The notes: generated by a model from the letters alone, not told the origin. A stretch of DNA of 58,209 nucleotides, filler included, from Sphacelaria rigidula (GCA_964200075.2; 7 parts of 7 records of this genome joined end to end with filler, not necessarily neighbours in it), one strand, 5' to 3'. Positions 1 to 14,012 are shown, numbered from the whole stretch's first letter. Numbers and translations are program-made.

Positions 1-2489
1 TCCCATCTACATCATTATTGTTATAATCATTTCCACACATTAGTCCGATCTCGCGAACCCGTAGTCACAGACGTAGGCTCGCCTTTCCAATACCGTCCTT
101 GCTATTTTTTACCAGACACATAACCAACAATAAAAAATAATAGGAGAGACGCCACGAAAACCGTTGAGAAGTAGCTCTCCCGTGTTCAACGGGAAGAGAA
201 GATAATGAAGGACAGAACAGGAAAAGACAGGTGACACAAGGAGATTAGTATGGCCACCATGTTAGGGTTCGACTCAAAATGCTGGTCCTAATATGGGACG
301 CAAAAGAATGTCTCGAGCGCAACACCATCATCGAAAGTAACGCAAGAAAGTTCCCTGCACTCGCACGGGGAACCCTAGAGTGAGCCTTGCGCTCAGATTG
401 ATTATGTAATATAGGTACGTTATATCATTTTACAACAACACGAAATCGGTATTACATCGCACTTGAGGTGTTAAGGTTTTCGCAAGTACGAAAGTACAGA
501 CAGTACCAACAACCTGCAACCCAAACCACAAAACTTCGGAGCAGTAAGCTCACGTATTTTGAGTCCGAGATTACTTCAAGTTGTTTGGCACTCGATGATC
601 GAGGTGTCAGATCACTATAGGGCGATGCTGTCTGTATTGTATACTCCAGTACTGATACTTCCGAGATGAACTACAGCACCGGCAAAATGCAAGTATTCGG
701 AAATACATGGACTTTCTACTTTTGTTGCGTTATGATTTAGAGGGAAGACGCGACACAGCGTGCTACGAACTAGTAGTTTTTGAGCGATACACATAAGCAC
801 GGAGCACAGCTAGCTACCTCGTTTCAGACGGAGTGAGACTAGCGTTCGTCGACAAATACGCCATGCGCATCAGAGCCAGCTGAATACCTACAATAGAGGT
901 GCAAACCCGGGGGCGATGATATCATGCCGAGTGGCGGACGTCAAAGCACCACATCACTTCCGCCCAAACAACACTGCGGAAAGTCCACTTGGCATGGATG
1001 GCAAAATCGTAAAATCTCTTTCGAAGCAGAGAAAAATATTCTCTAGTCGTCACTCGCCAAGGAGTACCCGAAAGATACGGTCTGTGCGGTGCTATCCTGT
1101 GCGACACTGTCGAGTTGCGGGTCACTGGAGATTAAGATGATACTGTACATTCAATATCATACAAGTAACTCGCAATTGCGGCTAACTCCGTTACGCTAGA
1201 GCACCTGTGCCGACCGCACCTGCTAGCACCTTAATCTCTGTAGGGCAAAAAATATATCACTCCATGCAAGAACTGTCCTCGTCTAAATATTTGTGTTATA
1301 CTGTACTGATCACAAGAGACATATCTTGTTTTTCGGGTCGCAAGGGCAAATGTACAACGCCGAATTTCTGCGCTCCGCGACATCCGGATATAAGAAATGT
1401 AACTACAGCACAAGCAGACCGTCACACAGTATCGTGTCTCAGTTCCATCTCTTCATCGACTCGACAGTACACCGAAGACAAGTCCAGCACGGAAACACAA
1501 CAAAATGGGTTTGAAATTCTGAGCGGTGAAGGGGTTCAGTGCGTTTCTGAGTTGCAACAACGGTGTTCGCAGCTTCCTCCGCTCAGGTAACTCATCAGCT
1601 GCGTGGGTTCGAGAGCCAGCAGCTTGTCGTAACTAGCCAGCGTCAGCTATAGCCTCTCACCTCTGGGGTATTGATATGAGAACACGGCGCTCCGCTACCA
1701 TGTACCTCGAGGGAATCATCAACGGGCACAGAGTCTCATGTGTGAGCTACCCTACAGACAGTTATACTCCCACCAACGTCGGTTGACAATAGAGAAATTA
1801 TAATTAGTACGGTGCAGTTGCAACACGATCAGGGAGAGGCAGATACATCTCATCACACCGCACCTGGCCTCGCTGTCGTCTTCTGCGATGACGCACACAG
1901 GCACAAAGAGCGCTCGATTTCCGCAGCAGATAGGACACGCATCACCATTGACACGTCGGGGTGATAGGGGCAGGGTATACACGTGTGCACCCCCAGCACA
2001 GCTTCCTATACGACACGCATTACGGAATTTGCCCTGAAGTAGGAAAACTGCGACCGTCGCGTGGGCAGTCGTGTGCCCACTTGAAATGCGGCTCAAATTA
2101 TGACCAATCAGAAACGTTTTCTGGGACAAAGTCGGATAAAATCGGTATAATAGTTTTTCATCATAATATGACTCTTTGAAGAATTTCCCGAGAATGTTAT
2201 TGCATGCAACATGATTTGAAGCAAAGGGTATGACATACAAACCTAACTGGTCTATATATATTATGACATACCCTTTGATTTGAGGATGGACACCGATAGT
2301 CATCAGTCCCCAGTGCCCCCATCTGTTATAATAAATACTTGATTGTCACGCACTTTTTGAACTGATCCCGTAGGGATCCACGTGGTCACATACATGATAT
2401 ATACAGTAGTAGGAGAGAACAAATATTCGTATACTGTAGTTAAACAAAGACGAAGAAAGAAAAAGCTAGGAATGGCCGACCGCTGCCAC

Positions 2490-2797
2490 ATAAATGTTAT
2501 GGATTCGGTCAGGCAAAAGGTATTGTTGCATTGCGCAGAAACCACTCTGGCCGTGTCTTATCAAATTGGTTTCGACTCGAAAACGTACGGTGGAATCGAA
2601 TTTGCTCTTACCTGATACGTTCACGGCATCCATGTTCTCAACCAGTTGAGAAAATAAAGAGCGTAGGCGAATCAGAAACGAGGGAATTCGATTCGACCGC
2701 ACGTTTTCGACACGAATACAATTTGATAAGACAGGGCCAGAGTGATTTCTGCGCAATGCAACAAGAACTTTTGCCTGACCGGAGCCATAACATTTAT
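2490..2797. repeat. ~308-bp imperfect palindrome (foldback) containing a 190-bp MITE core (2549-2738)
   Basis: Left arm ATAAATGTTATGGATTCGGTCAGGCAAAAG...TCTGGCCGTGTCTTATCAAATTG is the reverse complement of CAATTTGATAAGACAGGGCCAGA...CTTTTGCCTGACCGGAGCCATAACATTTAT; ORFs on both strands begin MRRNHSG. Confidence 0.9.
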
Positions 2798-3108
2798 TAT
2801 TCCATAATTTTCGAATCTTCGAATTTTCATCATAATTGGCATCCCGTCGTCACAAAAAAATAAATGGAGTTCCTAACGGCGTTACTGATATACAAATATA
2901 TATACAAGAAAAAAGTTGGAGTTCCTAACGGCGTTACAGACACATACGTACTCAAGGAAGCGAAATATTGTCTTTCCCTTGCTCAAAAAAGTAAATCAAC
3001 CATCCAACCATCCATCCTCAAACAATCCCATCCATTAATTTAATTAATTAATTATTATATATGAAATATCCCCATCTACTCGCTCAGCGTGAAATAATGT
3101 CACACGAA

Positions 3109-3298
3109 GGCCGTGCCTTATCAAATTGGTTTCGACTCGAAAACGTAGGGTGGAATCGAATTTGCTCTTACATGATCCGTCCACGGCATCCATGCTCTCA
3201 ACCATCTGAGAAAATAAAGAGCGTGGGCGAATCAGAAACGAGGGAATTCGATTCGACCGCGATTTTTCGACACGAAAACAATTTAATATGACACGGCC
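3109..3298. mobile_element. 190-bp palindromic MITE, second copy of the 2549-2738 core (possibly PIF/Harbinger-Tourist type)
   Basis: Termini GGCCGTGCC...GACACGGCC; same length and near-identical sequence to 2549-2738; right flank TTA, left flank GAA (TSD imperfect). Confidence 0.7.
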
Positions 3299-3583
3299 TT
3301 ACTGCATCGTATATTTTTCAATACCCGAGGGCACTGCCGCAAGATGCGTAAGCTGATTTCATGTCCTTGCGCTATAGCCGCTCTACAGCGAGAAAATTGA
3401 GGGCTTGCCTTGTGGCTGTTGGCCTCCAGCTTTACAATCACGGGTCTGAATGATGAATGAAGCTTCAAAAGGAAATATAAGTATATATGTCCAGCTCCTG
3501 GTGCAGGACAGGGTAGCCAACTGTTGTTGCGCGGAAGTTGTAGTCTACATCGCACACACCTGTTCTCTCCTTTTGGGTGGAAC

Positions 3584-3794
3584 ATGATGGCATCTAGCTC
3601 TGCCGATGGCGCAAATAATGATACGATGGCCACTGCCGGAATCCTTAGCTCTCAGTTGGAGAGTGAGCTAGAGAACGTGTGCCGTGAGATGGAACTAGTT
3701 GAGCAGAGATTGGCGGAACTTTTGACGCAACAGGGCCACTTGGCAGACAGGAAGGATCACCTCACACAAGAACTACAGGCTCGCAAAAAACGCC
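3584..3794 (+). CDS. First coding exon of a gene with an N-terminal coiled coil resembling RecQ1/RECQL-type helicases
   Basis: ATG at 3584, donor GTGAGT at 3795. LESELENVCREMELVEQRLAELLTQQGHLADRKDHLTQELQ resembles (from recall) the N-terminal coil of RECQL/plant RecQ2; no helicase exon visible in this contig. Confidence 0.5.
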
Positions 3795-4784
3795 GTGAGT
3801 GGGTACCCACCAGAATGGTGTATACATGCGTATGCCACTTGTGCGATATGCTACGTTGGCCTGGTCAATAGTTGTCTATCAGTCATGATGTGATGGAGTA
3901 CAGTACTCGCTTACTCGCTTACTCACTATTCAGAATCTTGAAAGTTGTGGAATGACTTGCAAAATCGTCCGGTTAGCAATCGCCATCACCCCGACCAGCA
4001 TCAAGCATGTGCCTCGGGGCGACGGTCGCCACTTTTATTGTTGCCATGGTTGCTATATTTACATTTGCGTCGTGTCATTGTGAATCTGGTATGGTGGTCT
4101 TTCTGCCGCATGTGTAGCACCAGTGTTGAGAATAGGCCCTGCATAGCCCACGGCCAGCGTTGCACATTGCTCAGTATCACAGTACTGTACAGAGAGTACG
4201 ATGTACTGTAGTCGTACTCGTATGATGTTTCATGCTCCAGTCCTCCTCTTGGCCCGGCCCTGCTGGCGTGGGCCGAGGCCGAGGACCGCCGGTGATCTTA
4301 GACCACACTAAGACCACACATCGACGGCAGAGAAAGACGGGAAACACGAACCCGAGCCTCCTGGCGACAGTGGCCGCAAGATCAGTGTAGCTCGTGTCGA
4401 ACAAACTTGAGATACCACCCCCCCGACTGCCTCTGCTGGAGTGGGCAGAAGTCCGCCAGTGGCCTTAGACCACGCAAAGACCGCCCAAGGACGGTAGAGA
4501 CACGAGCCCGAGCCTTGTATCGACGAGAAGGCCGAGTTAGGAGATACGAGACACTGCGAACGTGAGATCGAGATGCATCCCGTTTCGGAACAACTTTTGC
4601 AACAGCGTATGATCGAACCCCAGTTCCCCGGCTTGGACCCGAGGGCTACGCAACAGTGGAGACCGCAGTGGGGACAGCTCAGAGAGGAATGGAGAGGCTG
4701 CACACCGCGTGGGTACGCACACCGGGAGTAAGGAAGGAGTAGAGTCGGACAGAGCAGGAGAATTTCATATACCTGTGACAGAAA

Positions 4785-7700
4785 ACGAGCACCCGAGTTG
4801 ACACGTACAACGAGAAAGTCTACAGCGCAAAACGAGGGAAGAATAAAGAGCAGGAAGAAGAGGAAAAGCAGCTGGGCCAGGCGTAGGCTTGCTAGTAAAG
4901 CAACACGAATAGCCCGAGTCAGGCAGCGGAGTCGATTTGATCAGGTAGTCACTTGAAATGTCAAAACCCCCGCTGTAAAAGGAGCCAGCGGGTGGGGGGC
5001 GAGACTACAGCGTTTTGTACGAGCCAACGAGGCGAGACGTTTCGGTGGTTGGGATGCAGGATACATGGAGGACAGGACGAGCAGACTATTGATCGGCAGC
5101 AGAGTTCAGTGTCTTCTGCTGTAGGAGTGAGTGAGGTAGGCAACACGGTGTGGGGCTAGCCATCACAGGGTCGATTTACGATAACGCCACCTACACCATC
5201 GAGTACGGCGATGAGCGTATCATGGCAATGCGGTTTGAGATATCGGGCCGAAGCGGAGCGTTGAAGTTTGTAGCTGCGTAGGCACCAACTGAAGTCTCCA
5301 AGGATGAAACCTAGCAAGTATTCTGGGACGGGCTTGATAATATCGTGCAGCAGATCCCGTCGAAGGAGTGTGTGTGTGTGTGTGTGTGTTGATGGACTCC
5401 AACGCGCGAACGGGGAGGAAAGTTGGAGAATCTACAGCACGAAGGTGTCCTAGTTGCCTGTGGACGTGATGAGGTAGACGATAACAGCAAATTGCTGCAA
5501 AGTTTCGCAACCGACAACATACTCGCCATCAAGTACACCTTCCTCAGCACGCGCAAAGGCGGAGTTTCGCATACATACAAAAGTGTCACAAGACACCGCA
5601 CGAGTGGCTTTAAGCGCATAGACTATGTACTCACGCGGCAGGCACATCGAGTCAGGGTACGGAACGTAGTTGTACACCCCAAACTCGCACTTCCGGCCAA
5701 AGCGGAATCAGACCACAACATGGTGGTGACCACTGTCGACCGCGGTGGCCGCCTCGCCTACAACCGCACCGTACGGACCAAGTCGAAATGGCGCGGTGGC
5801 ACGTGATGGAGAGGTCCCTACCTACACGATTGCCGAGCGGGCGAGCGTGCTGGCCAACCACCACCACATCGGCAGCCATGAAGGAGTTTATTGAAGCTAC
5901 CTCGAAGAAGTGCAGACGATACTCTTGGGAAAGACACGGATACCACGTCTGTCGGAATGGTGTGAAAGCCCGGAAAAAAGAGTAACAGTAGGGGCAGCGC
6001 TTTCCAAACGACGGGAGGCATGCCGACTGATGAAAAACAGCCGGACCCCAGCATCGTGGAAAGCACTCGGCGCCGCGTGTAAGGGGGTATGTACGGCAAT
6101 AGATGGCGGTGTTCATGCACATCTAGGGACGTATATGGCGAGGCAAGAAGAGATCAACAAGGATCGCGATGTGAAGGGCCAGTGCAAACATCTCAAGAGA
6201 TTCACGGGTCTTGGCCGGAGGAAATGGGGGGGGTCAACAGTTTGTCAAGGACGAAGTCTTTCTGCTGAGAAATATAATAGATGGATGCCCCAGAACGGTG
6301 ACCGAGGTTCTTCCGCACCTTTCTCAACGCCAAATCGCCCACGCTGAACCCAGTAATCATCGAGGAGGTGAAGCCACTAATAGCACTATCCACCGGATAG
6401 TGGGAACCACTTAGGTCAGCGCCAACGCTGAAGGAGACCACATGAGCAGCCTGGGGGATGCACAACTGGAAAGCGCCGGGACACGATTCCCTCCCTGTAG
6501 AAATACTCAAGATCGACGGCCGCACGGAACCCGTCGTTCTCGAACGTTTTCATACCCTTCTCGCCGATGTGTGGGACGGAGGGGAGGTCTCGCAGGAGTG
6601 GAAAGGTACAACCGTCAAAGTATTGCACAAGGAATCGGACTGGTTCAACTGGTCTCGCGCGCAGGTATAGTGCTCCTGAAGATGTTAGCCAATCCCCTCA
6701 GCGACTACTGCGAAGCCCGCGGGCGGAGGAACCATGCGGTTTCCTACCTCATCGCTCGCCGTCGACATGCTGTTCGTAGTCCGTCGACTGCAGGAGCTGT
6801 GACGGCGGCGAAGAATACCGCTGTACATGTGCTTCGTCGACCTCCAGAAGGCCTACGACCCCGTCGACCGGGAGCTTCTGTGGCAGGTGCTGGCCCGAGC
6901 TGGTCTTCCGGATGAGAGGATCGCAGATATTCACCGACTCCACGACGGCAAGCAGGCCCGCGTACGCATGGACGACGGGGAGCTCTCGAAGTGATTCGAG
7001 CTCACACATGAGCTGCGACAAGCATGTGTGCCGTTTCCGCTGCTGCTCGACATTTTCTTCGTAGCGGCGCTCAAGCTCGCCGTCATGCGAGTCAGCAAGG
7101 ACGACATCATCCTCAAGGACACGGTATACCTCGAGGAGATGGAGAGGGGGTCAGAGACACCATTGGAACGCCTACGGAGAGTTTTATGTAGAATGCTACA
7201 TGCCGACGACGCCGACGTCATTTCGAGATCCCCCACTGACCTGGCGAGGATGGTGACCGTTATAGTCGACGGGTTCTGGACCTTTGGGCCAATGATGTTG
7301 GAGAAAAAAACGGAAATTCTCTTGATTCGAGTACCAGAGAAACCACCGAAGGGGGAGCCGCCGTCGCCACCAACACCATCTCGCCCGCCACTGGTCATCG
7401 AAGCAGCAGACCAGAACTTCGCATAGACCATTCCGTTCCGGATTTTGGGCGGTCTCCTTCACGAAGATAGCGAGCTTACGCAAGAGATCAACAACCGGAG
7501 CGAAGTAGCGTGGGCGTGCATCAGGAAGTTCTTCCGGGAGCTCGTTGATCAATCGAAAGCTCGGAGGAGACTCAAGGTCGGACTGCTGAAAGCGGAGGCA
7601 GTGGAGGCTGTACTGAACGGGTGCATGCAGGCGGCTTCGCGCCGCGAGCACTACCGGTCGCCGAGAAGGGCACACCATCGGTTCCTCCCAAAGGTTATCG

Positions 7701-8150
7701 GGTACCACTGCGGGCGTGGTACCTACAGACAGCTTTCGTACGCCCAGACCTTCAACAAGACCGGATGCTACAATGCTGAAGTCTTCGTCGGGCAGCGGCG
7801 ACTACTGTTCGTGGGGGTCTTGGCAAGACAACCGGATGGACGACTCCCAAAGCGACTAGTGTTCCGAATACTCGGGGGGGAGGGGGGGGGGGAGGGAAGG
7901 AAGGAAAGCCGGAAAAGGGTGCCTGAAGAAACACTGACTGAAGTGCCTGAAGGATGATCTACGGGCGAAAACCGACAAGCGCTCAGAGTTGACAGCGTCC
8001 TCTGGACCACAACGACGAGAAAGGAGGAGTAATCCCGTGGCACGCGGGGGTGCTGCGGGCAGCGGAGAGGTTCTTTGACCCAAGATCGACAAGGAGGCCA
8101 GCTGACTACGTGCGAGTACAAGAACCTCAGCACGATAGAATCAATGGTTG
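4785..8150 (+). mobile_element. Degenerate near-full-length non-LTR retrotransposon (RTE-like LINE; APE endonuclease + RT), many stops and frameshifts
   Basis: EN motifs TRVDTYN, KRIDYVL, SDHNMV; RT motifs KAPGHDSLPVE, CFVDLQKAYDPVDRELLW, RQACVPFPLLLDIF, LHADD; C-terminal KVGLLKAEAVEAVL and RLPKRLVF, spread over several frames. Confidence 0.92.
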
Positions 8151-8230
8151 AGCGGGGGAGGGGGGGGGGGGGAAGAGGGGAATAAGCGGAGAAATTTTGA
8201 AACTCAGGATACCACTGCGACCGAGGAGAG

Positions 8231-8330
8231 NNNNNNNNNNNNNNNNNNNNNNNNNNNNNNNNNNNNNNNNNNNNTTAATTAATTAANNNNNNNNNNNNNN
8301 NNNNNNNNNNNNNNNNNNNNNNNNNNNNNN
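8231..8330. other. Artificial contig linker (N44-TTAATTAATTAA-N44); identical linkers at 16561-16660, 24891-24990, 33221-33320, 41551-41650, 49881-49980
   Basis: Six-frame-stop 12-mer in N padding, recurring every 8330 nt. Confidence 0.98.
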
Positions 8331-10240
8331 AGCGTCATCGCCAAGCGACGCCAACCCCCTCGGGGGTCCGCCCCTACAAAGCCGGGACGGAAGGTAGGGG
8401 GGGGGGGAATAAAGAGATCGTACAGACTTACGGGGCGCGGCCGGTCCTCTTTTCAAAGGTTGGAGAAGAAAAAATAGCAAGGTTGGAAAAAGTAACTGAG
8501 GGGCCCATGGGCTGCTGCTGTTCTCGACTTCTCATCGGCGGGTCAGCTAAAAGCTGCAGCTTCACGATCGCACCGGAAACGGCGAACGGCACGGCAGGGA
8601 CACGAGTAGGGCTACCAGGGAGAGATTGCACACACCATTCTGTCGCCAGGTACCCTGGTTGAAAAAATCTGGATCCGATTCACAACTCTCGAGAGCGTGA
8701 TGTTGCAGGGTGCGCCACAGTTGTCGCTTCCTGGCTCTCAGACGTGGATCAAGGGCGAAGAGATTGAACGTACGGTGCGTTGTTCCCCGACCTCTCAAAG
8801 CCCCCATATCTAGCTGTACCCACAACCCACTCGTCCCTTACACCGCCACCATTATGAAGACCATCGCTCAAATGAAACGCATATACGTGCTATGCATGTC
8901 AAAGCCGACAAACATCCAAGAGAAGATATTTCATGCCCAGTCACGGGTTGAGCAGTACTGTAGCAATTTCAGAAGGGTCCAAATCGCCGCCTAGCGATGG
9001 ACAAATGAAGTCGACATACTCCCTCCGATCCGTCACATAACCTCAATTTGAATATTCCAAAATATAAGGTTGACTTGTAGTTCAGCGCTCTAGAAATATT
9101 CCTTTTCATCTTTCATTTTTTCCAATCACGCTCCGACAGGCGGGCGGTCGAAGGAAATCCCCTGAAACGGAATAGTTGTTTCCAATCCCTTCTTCTGAAA
9201 AAATATAGCCCGATATAGGTCTTGCGAAGATTTGATCAGTAATAAAACCAAGTGCCTTTCCTACGGACAGAAATACGTTCTCCTTTCAGTGTGTTGATAT
9301 TGGCTACCTCAACTTCCTGGACAACGACACTTTCAAAACTGTTGGTTTATTATTTTATGTTGACCCGAGGCAACGCAACAGGGTCGCTAAAAATGGGACC
9401 TTTGAAACGAAGAAACAGCAGGAGAAAAAAAACAAGTCGAAAGGATTAAAACGTACCTGCGTTTGGAAGACGAGTTATTTTTTTGGTGGAAATCGATCAC
9501 ACGACTTTGAAAAAAAACGCAAGTGTTTCATAACTTGTTGCGCAAATTTATCCCAATCGACCCTATATTGCTCATCAGAAGGAGTACTTGTCTTGCGGAT
9601 GTTTTGCCGCTCGTCCCCCTCCGTCCCCCAACTCTTCAATGAGTGTTCGGTTTCCTACATCTACTAATCAACCCCACGTCGGAATCGTCCGGGTACTCAC
9701 GCGTGTCTGCAGATGAGAGACGGAGTACCCGCTTGGCTGCTGGACATGCTGCTGCTGCTGCTGCTGCCTCGAAACAGGATGACCGCTCTGACCATACCCG
9801 CTGTGCTGCTGCCCCTGAAAGCGTTATACAATTGAGTCACGACGGCCAAGATTCCATCCAAAACCAAAATCGCGGAAATCATGCGACGGAAGACGAGACG
9901 GCAAGCGAGCAAGGGTGGCGTGAGGGAGGGAGAAAAAATTGCATCCGACACAAACGCCGAGTAAATATAGGACAGCCATGAAAAAAATAAAAGTTAGTCG
10001 ACAGTTGTTTACACAGGAAAGACATGTGCGTGCCTACAATTCTTCCCAACATCACAGCTCCCATCAACGACAGGAAGAAACTAAGGCACAAGTCTAGCAC
10101 GCACCGCCCAAACGAGGACAGATGCCCTGCCGTGCACGAGCGTTCAAAAACACGCTCAGAAGCTCAAAAGGAAACCGGCCGAGGGTGCCTCATGTATTTG
10201 GGCTGAACAATCACCAGCACTCAGCTCATAAGCAGCTGCA

Positions 10241-10257
10241 ACAAAAGCAACAAAAGC

Positions 10258-10313
<56 letters not shown>
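10241..10313 (+). repeat. (CAA)n microsatellite
   Basis: Direct reading of a pure CAA run. Confidence 0.95.
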
Positions 10314-10315
<2 letters not shown>

Positions 10316-11711
10316 TCTCAGTCCCATCGAAGGCACTTGGGCCCAGGTTTCACTCACGACGCCATCCGGCGGCCGTCGGCCACAACCCCTAGCCCAGCAG
10401 CGCAAACTTGGATCACACTTCCTCCCCACCTCACCTTGTGCACTTCGCGAACTTTAATAAAATACAATCAATCCGTTTTCATCAAGTACTGTATAATACA
10501 AAAAAAACGAAACTGCGCGTATTTTTTCGGAATCGCGTCGGAAACTCGTCAAGACTTCATGTTCTACACCTGGCATGTGTTGAAATAAGACGATTGTTCC
10601 AAGTCAACTCCAGCGTCGCACTGAAAACGCAACGGAACTGCATATTTATGGTTGCGCTCTCTCATCTACACTTGTTCCCCTTACCAGCGGCGGAACAAGT
10701 ACTGGCTGGGCGCCATACACGCGAGATATACCCCGACCGACGGCCCCTGGTACCTGTTCACGGGAACAAGAAAAAGACACAGCATTTCAAGCCGCGCAAC
10801 CTTCATGTTTAATGTTTCCGACCCAGCCCTACTTTAAAGACTGTCCAGCAACCGCAGCGTATACAGGCCAGGTATACGCCAGGCAAGCACATTTCTCCGA
10901 ATGAGGTTGATCTAATCCCCTAGATTTCACCGGAATACCAACTTAGCTGTGCAGCCAGAGAATTTCCCAGCATCGTGTACTCCTCCGTTTGATCAGCACT
11001 AAAAGGTCAACTTGCATTTTCGGGCTTTGCAAACGTAAATTTTGCGTTCAACTTCTTCCCATCATGCTCAGACACGCGGAAACAGGGTATGAGTATTTTC
11101 CATCTTCCCTGAAGAAATGTACCCCAATAATATTCCGCGGAGATTCTGTAAGCAAGAAAAACCGGGTGTAGACTTTTCTTCCGTACGAACTAAAAATGGA
11201 CGCTTCTGTTTTCTTTCTGGCGTGGTACTTGGGTACCTTACTCATGTGCGACAAAAAAAAATGTATATATATATATATATATATACTCGTACATAAATCA
11301 GCTGTTCGTAGAACCACACTTTCAAAACGTTCAAGTTCATAGCTCATGTTGAGGGGAGGCAAAGCTACAGGGTAGCTAAAGTTGAATCTTTGAGGCGAAG
11401 AAACACCAGAAAGACAAAAAATAAATTGAATTGAAAGTAACTGTTGATTTTGGAAGAAACAAACTATTTTGGTGGGAATCGAAGTCACCACTTCAACAAT
11501 CACAGGTGTTCACCACGTTGTGTGCAAATTGCTCAAACAGACTTTATATTGCTGATTAGAGGAAGTACCTCGAGGCAGGAAAAATACCTGCCGAAGTCAA
11601 CTAAAATTCCCGCGGGAAGTATGAAAATCTTTGCAAGATACACGTTCGAGAAAAAATTGCGTTGCACACGATCCCGCTTGTGATGAGGGGTTCGCTCCAT
11701 GAGGTTTTTTT

Positions 11712-13058
11712 CAAGGCTCATTAGATTACACGTTACAAGTACGTTACACGTCACAAACGTACGTCACAAGGGTGTGACGAAGCGTAACGTGTTTTTTCGA
11801 ATACATCACATATGTGACGTAATGTAACGTACCGGTGAAAAAATATCGCGTGACGTAACGTTTAATTCAATACGTCACACATGTGACGTGACGTGACGTA
11901 TTTTTTACACGTTGCAGTAACCTATTTCGAAACGTTTCCCGCAACGTGTGACGTAGTTTATACGTTACACGTCACAAAATACGTTACACGTCACATTATT
12001 ACACATTTGTGACGTCTGAATGAATGTCACGATCGTCACACGCTCAACTCGTACCACAATCAGTGTGAGATTAGCATATGTGATACTCGCATGATATGAT
12101 ACATGGGCTCAAGAAGAGTGTGCATACATCATCGTAATACGCACGCGATGTAAGCGCAAGTTCAGCGCCACGGCAGCATGCACCACCACACCACACCCAA
12201 CCATGGTATGCATTATTTTGAGTTGCCGTGTGCCGTTTTACTTATTGGTGTCACTAGTATCAGAATATGGACTACGAAGTAATCGGAGACCTTGTGCCTT
12301 TCAAGAGGTGCGAAAGGTGACGAGCTTGTGGCCTCGTGGACAAATTCGGTGGCTCCACTGCTGTTCGGTAGTTTTGTTCTCTATTTCGTTGATTTTGCTT
12401 TGTTTTCTCATGTTGGGGTTGTTTTATTCTTCTGTTTTTCTGCCGTCCGTCTCTGTTCGAACGGTTTTGTGTAAGTGTTTGTCTCTATCCCTGGCACAAT
12501 GAGTCATGATGTGCGTTCTACCTTCATGATGTCCGCCCTGCAAACGCGGCTGGATTCGTACCGGATCATCAGTTCGTGTGTATTATACGTCTATACATAC
12601 TTGCGTTTGTATGTGTACATCATGGCCTGCGCGCATCTTGGTATCTCACTAATATCTGATTATCGTGCATCGATAACGTACTCATATATTTCTTTGAAAA
12701 TTCAACGTGTGAGTCAGGGACGCATGAGCGATACACTAGCTGAAACGCATTCTTACATGTCAACATAGCGAGCAGAACGCGCCTCATGCTCGAACAAGGC
12801 AGCCACCGTGAACCTCCCGTACCAAGTTACGGTAGATGAAATCTTACCTTACAACGTTGTACGTAGCGTTCATTTGCCCTCAACACGGTCGAAGTGCCAC
12901 GTTTCATTTCACGTTACACGTCACAAACGTAACGTATATTATTCGTTACACGTCACAAAAACGTTGCAAAATACGTTGCACGTTACAAACGTAACGATTC
13001 AAAATACGTTACGCGTCACAAACGTATAATAATGTGACGTGTAACGTAGAGAGCCCTG
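11712..13058. mobile_element. Non-autonomous hAT-type DNA transposon (1347 bp)
   Basis: TIRs CAAGGCTCATTAGATTACACG / CGTGTAACGTAGAGAGCCCTG, perfect 8-bp TSD GTTTTTTT (11704-11711, 13059-13066), subterminal clusters of ACGTTACACGTCACA at both ends, no transposase ORF. Confidence 0.9.
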
Positions 13059-13294
13059 GTTTTTTTCAAACAAAACCCGGCAAGTTCAGCAGAAATCATG
13101 AGTAAAATCATGTTGGAGTGTCGTTCATGCGTATCATAGCTATAATAGCCAAGAACAGTTCCCACACTTCACATGAACAAATGTTGAGATCCTCAGAATG
13201 TACAACCATCACCCGATAGTATGTCATCACCCGATTCAACGCAACCCCAAACAAGCGGTGGCGAACCCCACCCTAGTTTCTTCTTGTCCCGTAC

Positions 13295-13846
13295 CTGGAT
13301 AAGAACCGGCCCTCCGGTGGGACTTAGCAAATGTGCGTTGCTGCCAGCTCCCGCTGCGCGCCCGCCGTTTCCGTGCTGCCGCTGAAGGTGTTGTTGCATG
13401 TTGCCAGCGATGGCCTGTCCTCCAGTGCTCACTCCTCCCCCTCCTGCTCCCCTAAGGTGTTGGTGCTGAGGGTGGTGATGCTGCTGCTGCTGCTGCTGCT
13501 GTAGCAGCTGCCGTTGTAGCAGCTGCCGTTGTTGCTGTTGCTGTAGTTGCTGCTGCTGATGTGGCTGTAGCACGTGCTGCATGCCTCCCGGAACCGACTC
13601 CACGCCATACCCGCGTTGTTGTTGCTGCTGCTGCTGCTGCTGTTGCTGCTGCTGTCTCTGACGCATGATGTGCGCCTGTTGCTCAAGATGCAGCTGCTCT
13701 TGCCTTTTCCGCACCTCTTGCTGCCGCTGCTCCAGCCTCTGCTGCTGTTGGACCTGTTGCTGCTGCTGCAGTTGCTGCTGCTGAATCTGAGCCTGCCGGG
13801 CGACTTCGACTTGACGCTCATGCTCACTCCTTAGCCGCTGTTGTTG

Positions 13847-13879
<33 letters not shown>

Positions 13880-13980
13880 TTGCTGTTGCTTGGACAGTAC
13901 CGGCTGCTGGGGTTGCTGCGGCTGCTGCTGTTGCCGCGTCAGGTGATGCTGTCGCGCAAGCAGCTCCACCTGAGACAAAG

Positions 13981-14012
<32 letters not shown>

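Noticed and set aside
1752..2340. 183-aa ORF with vWA-like ITDG or exonuclease-like IGHN motif
   Set aside because: Motifs are short and in different frames, with no supporting domain context; left unassigned.
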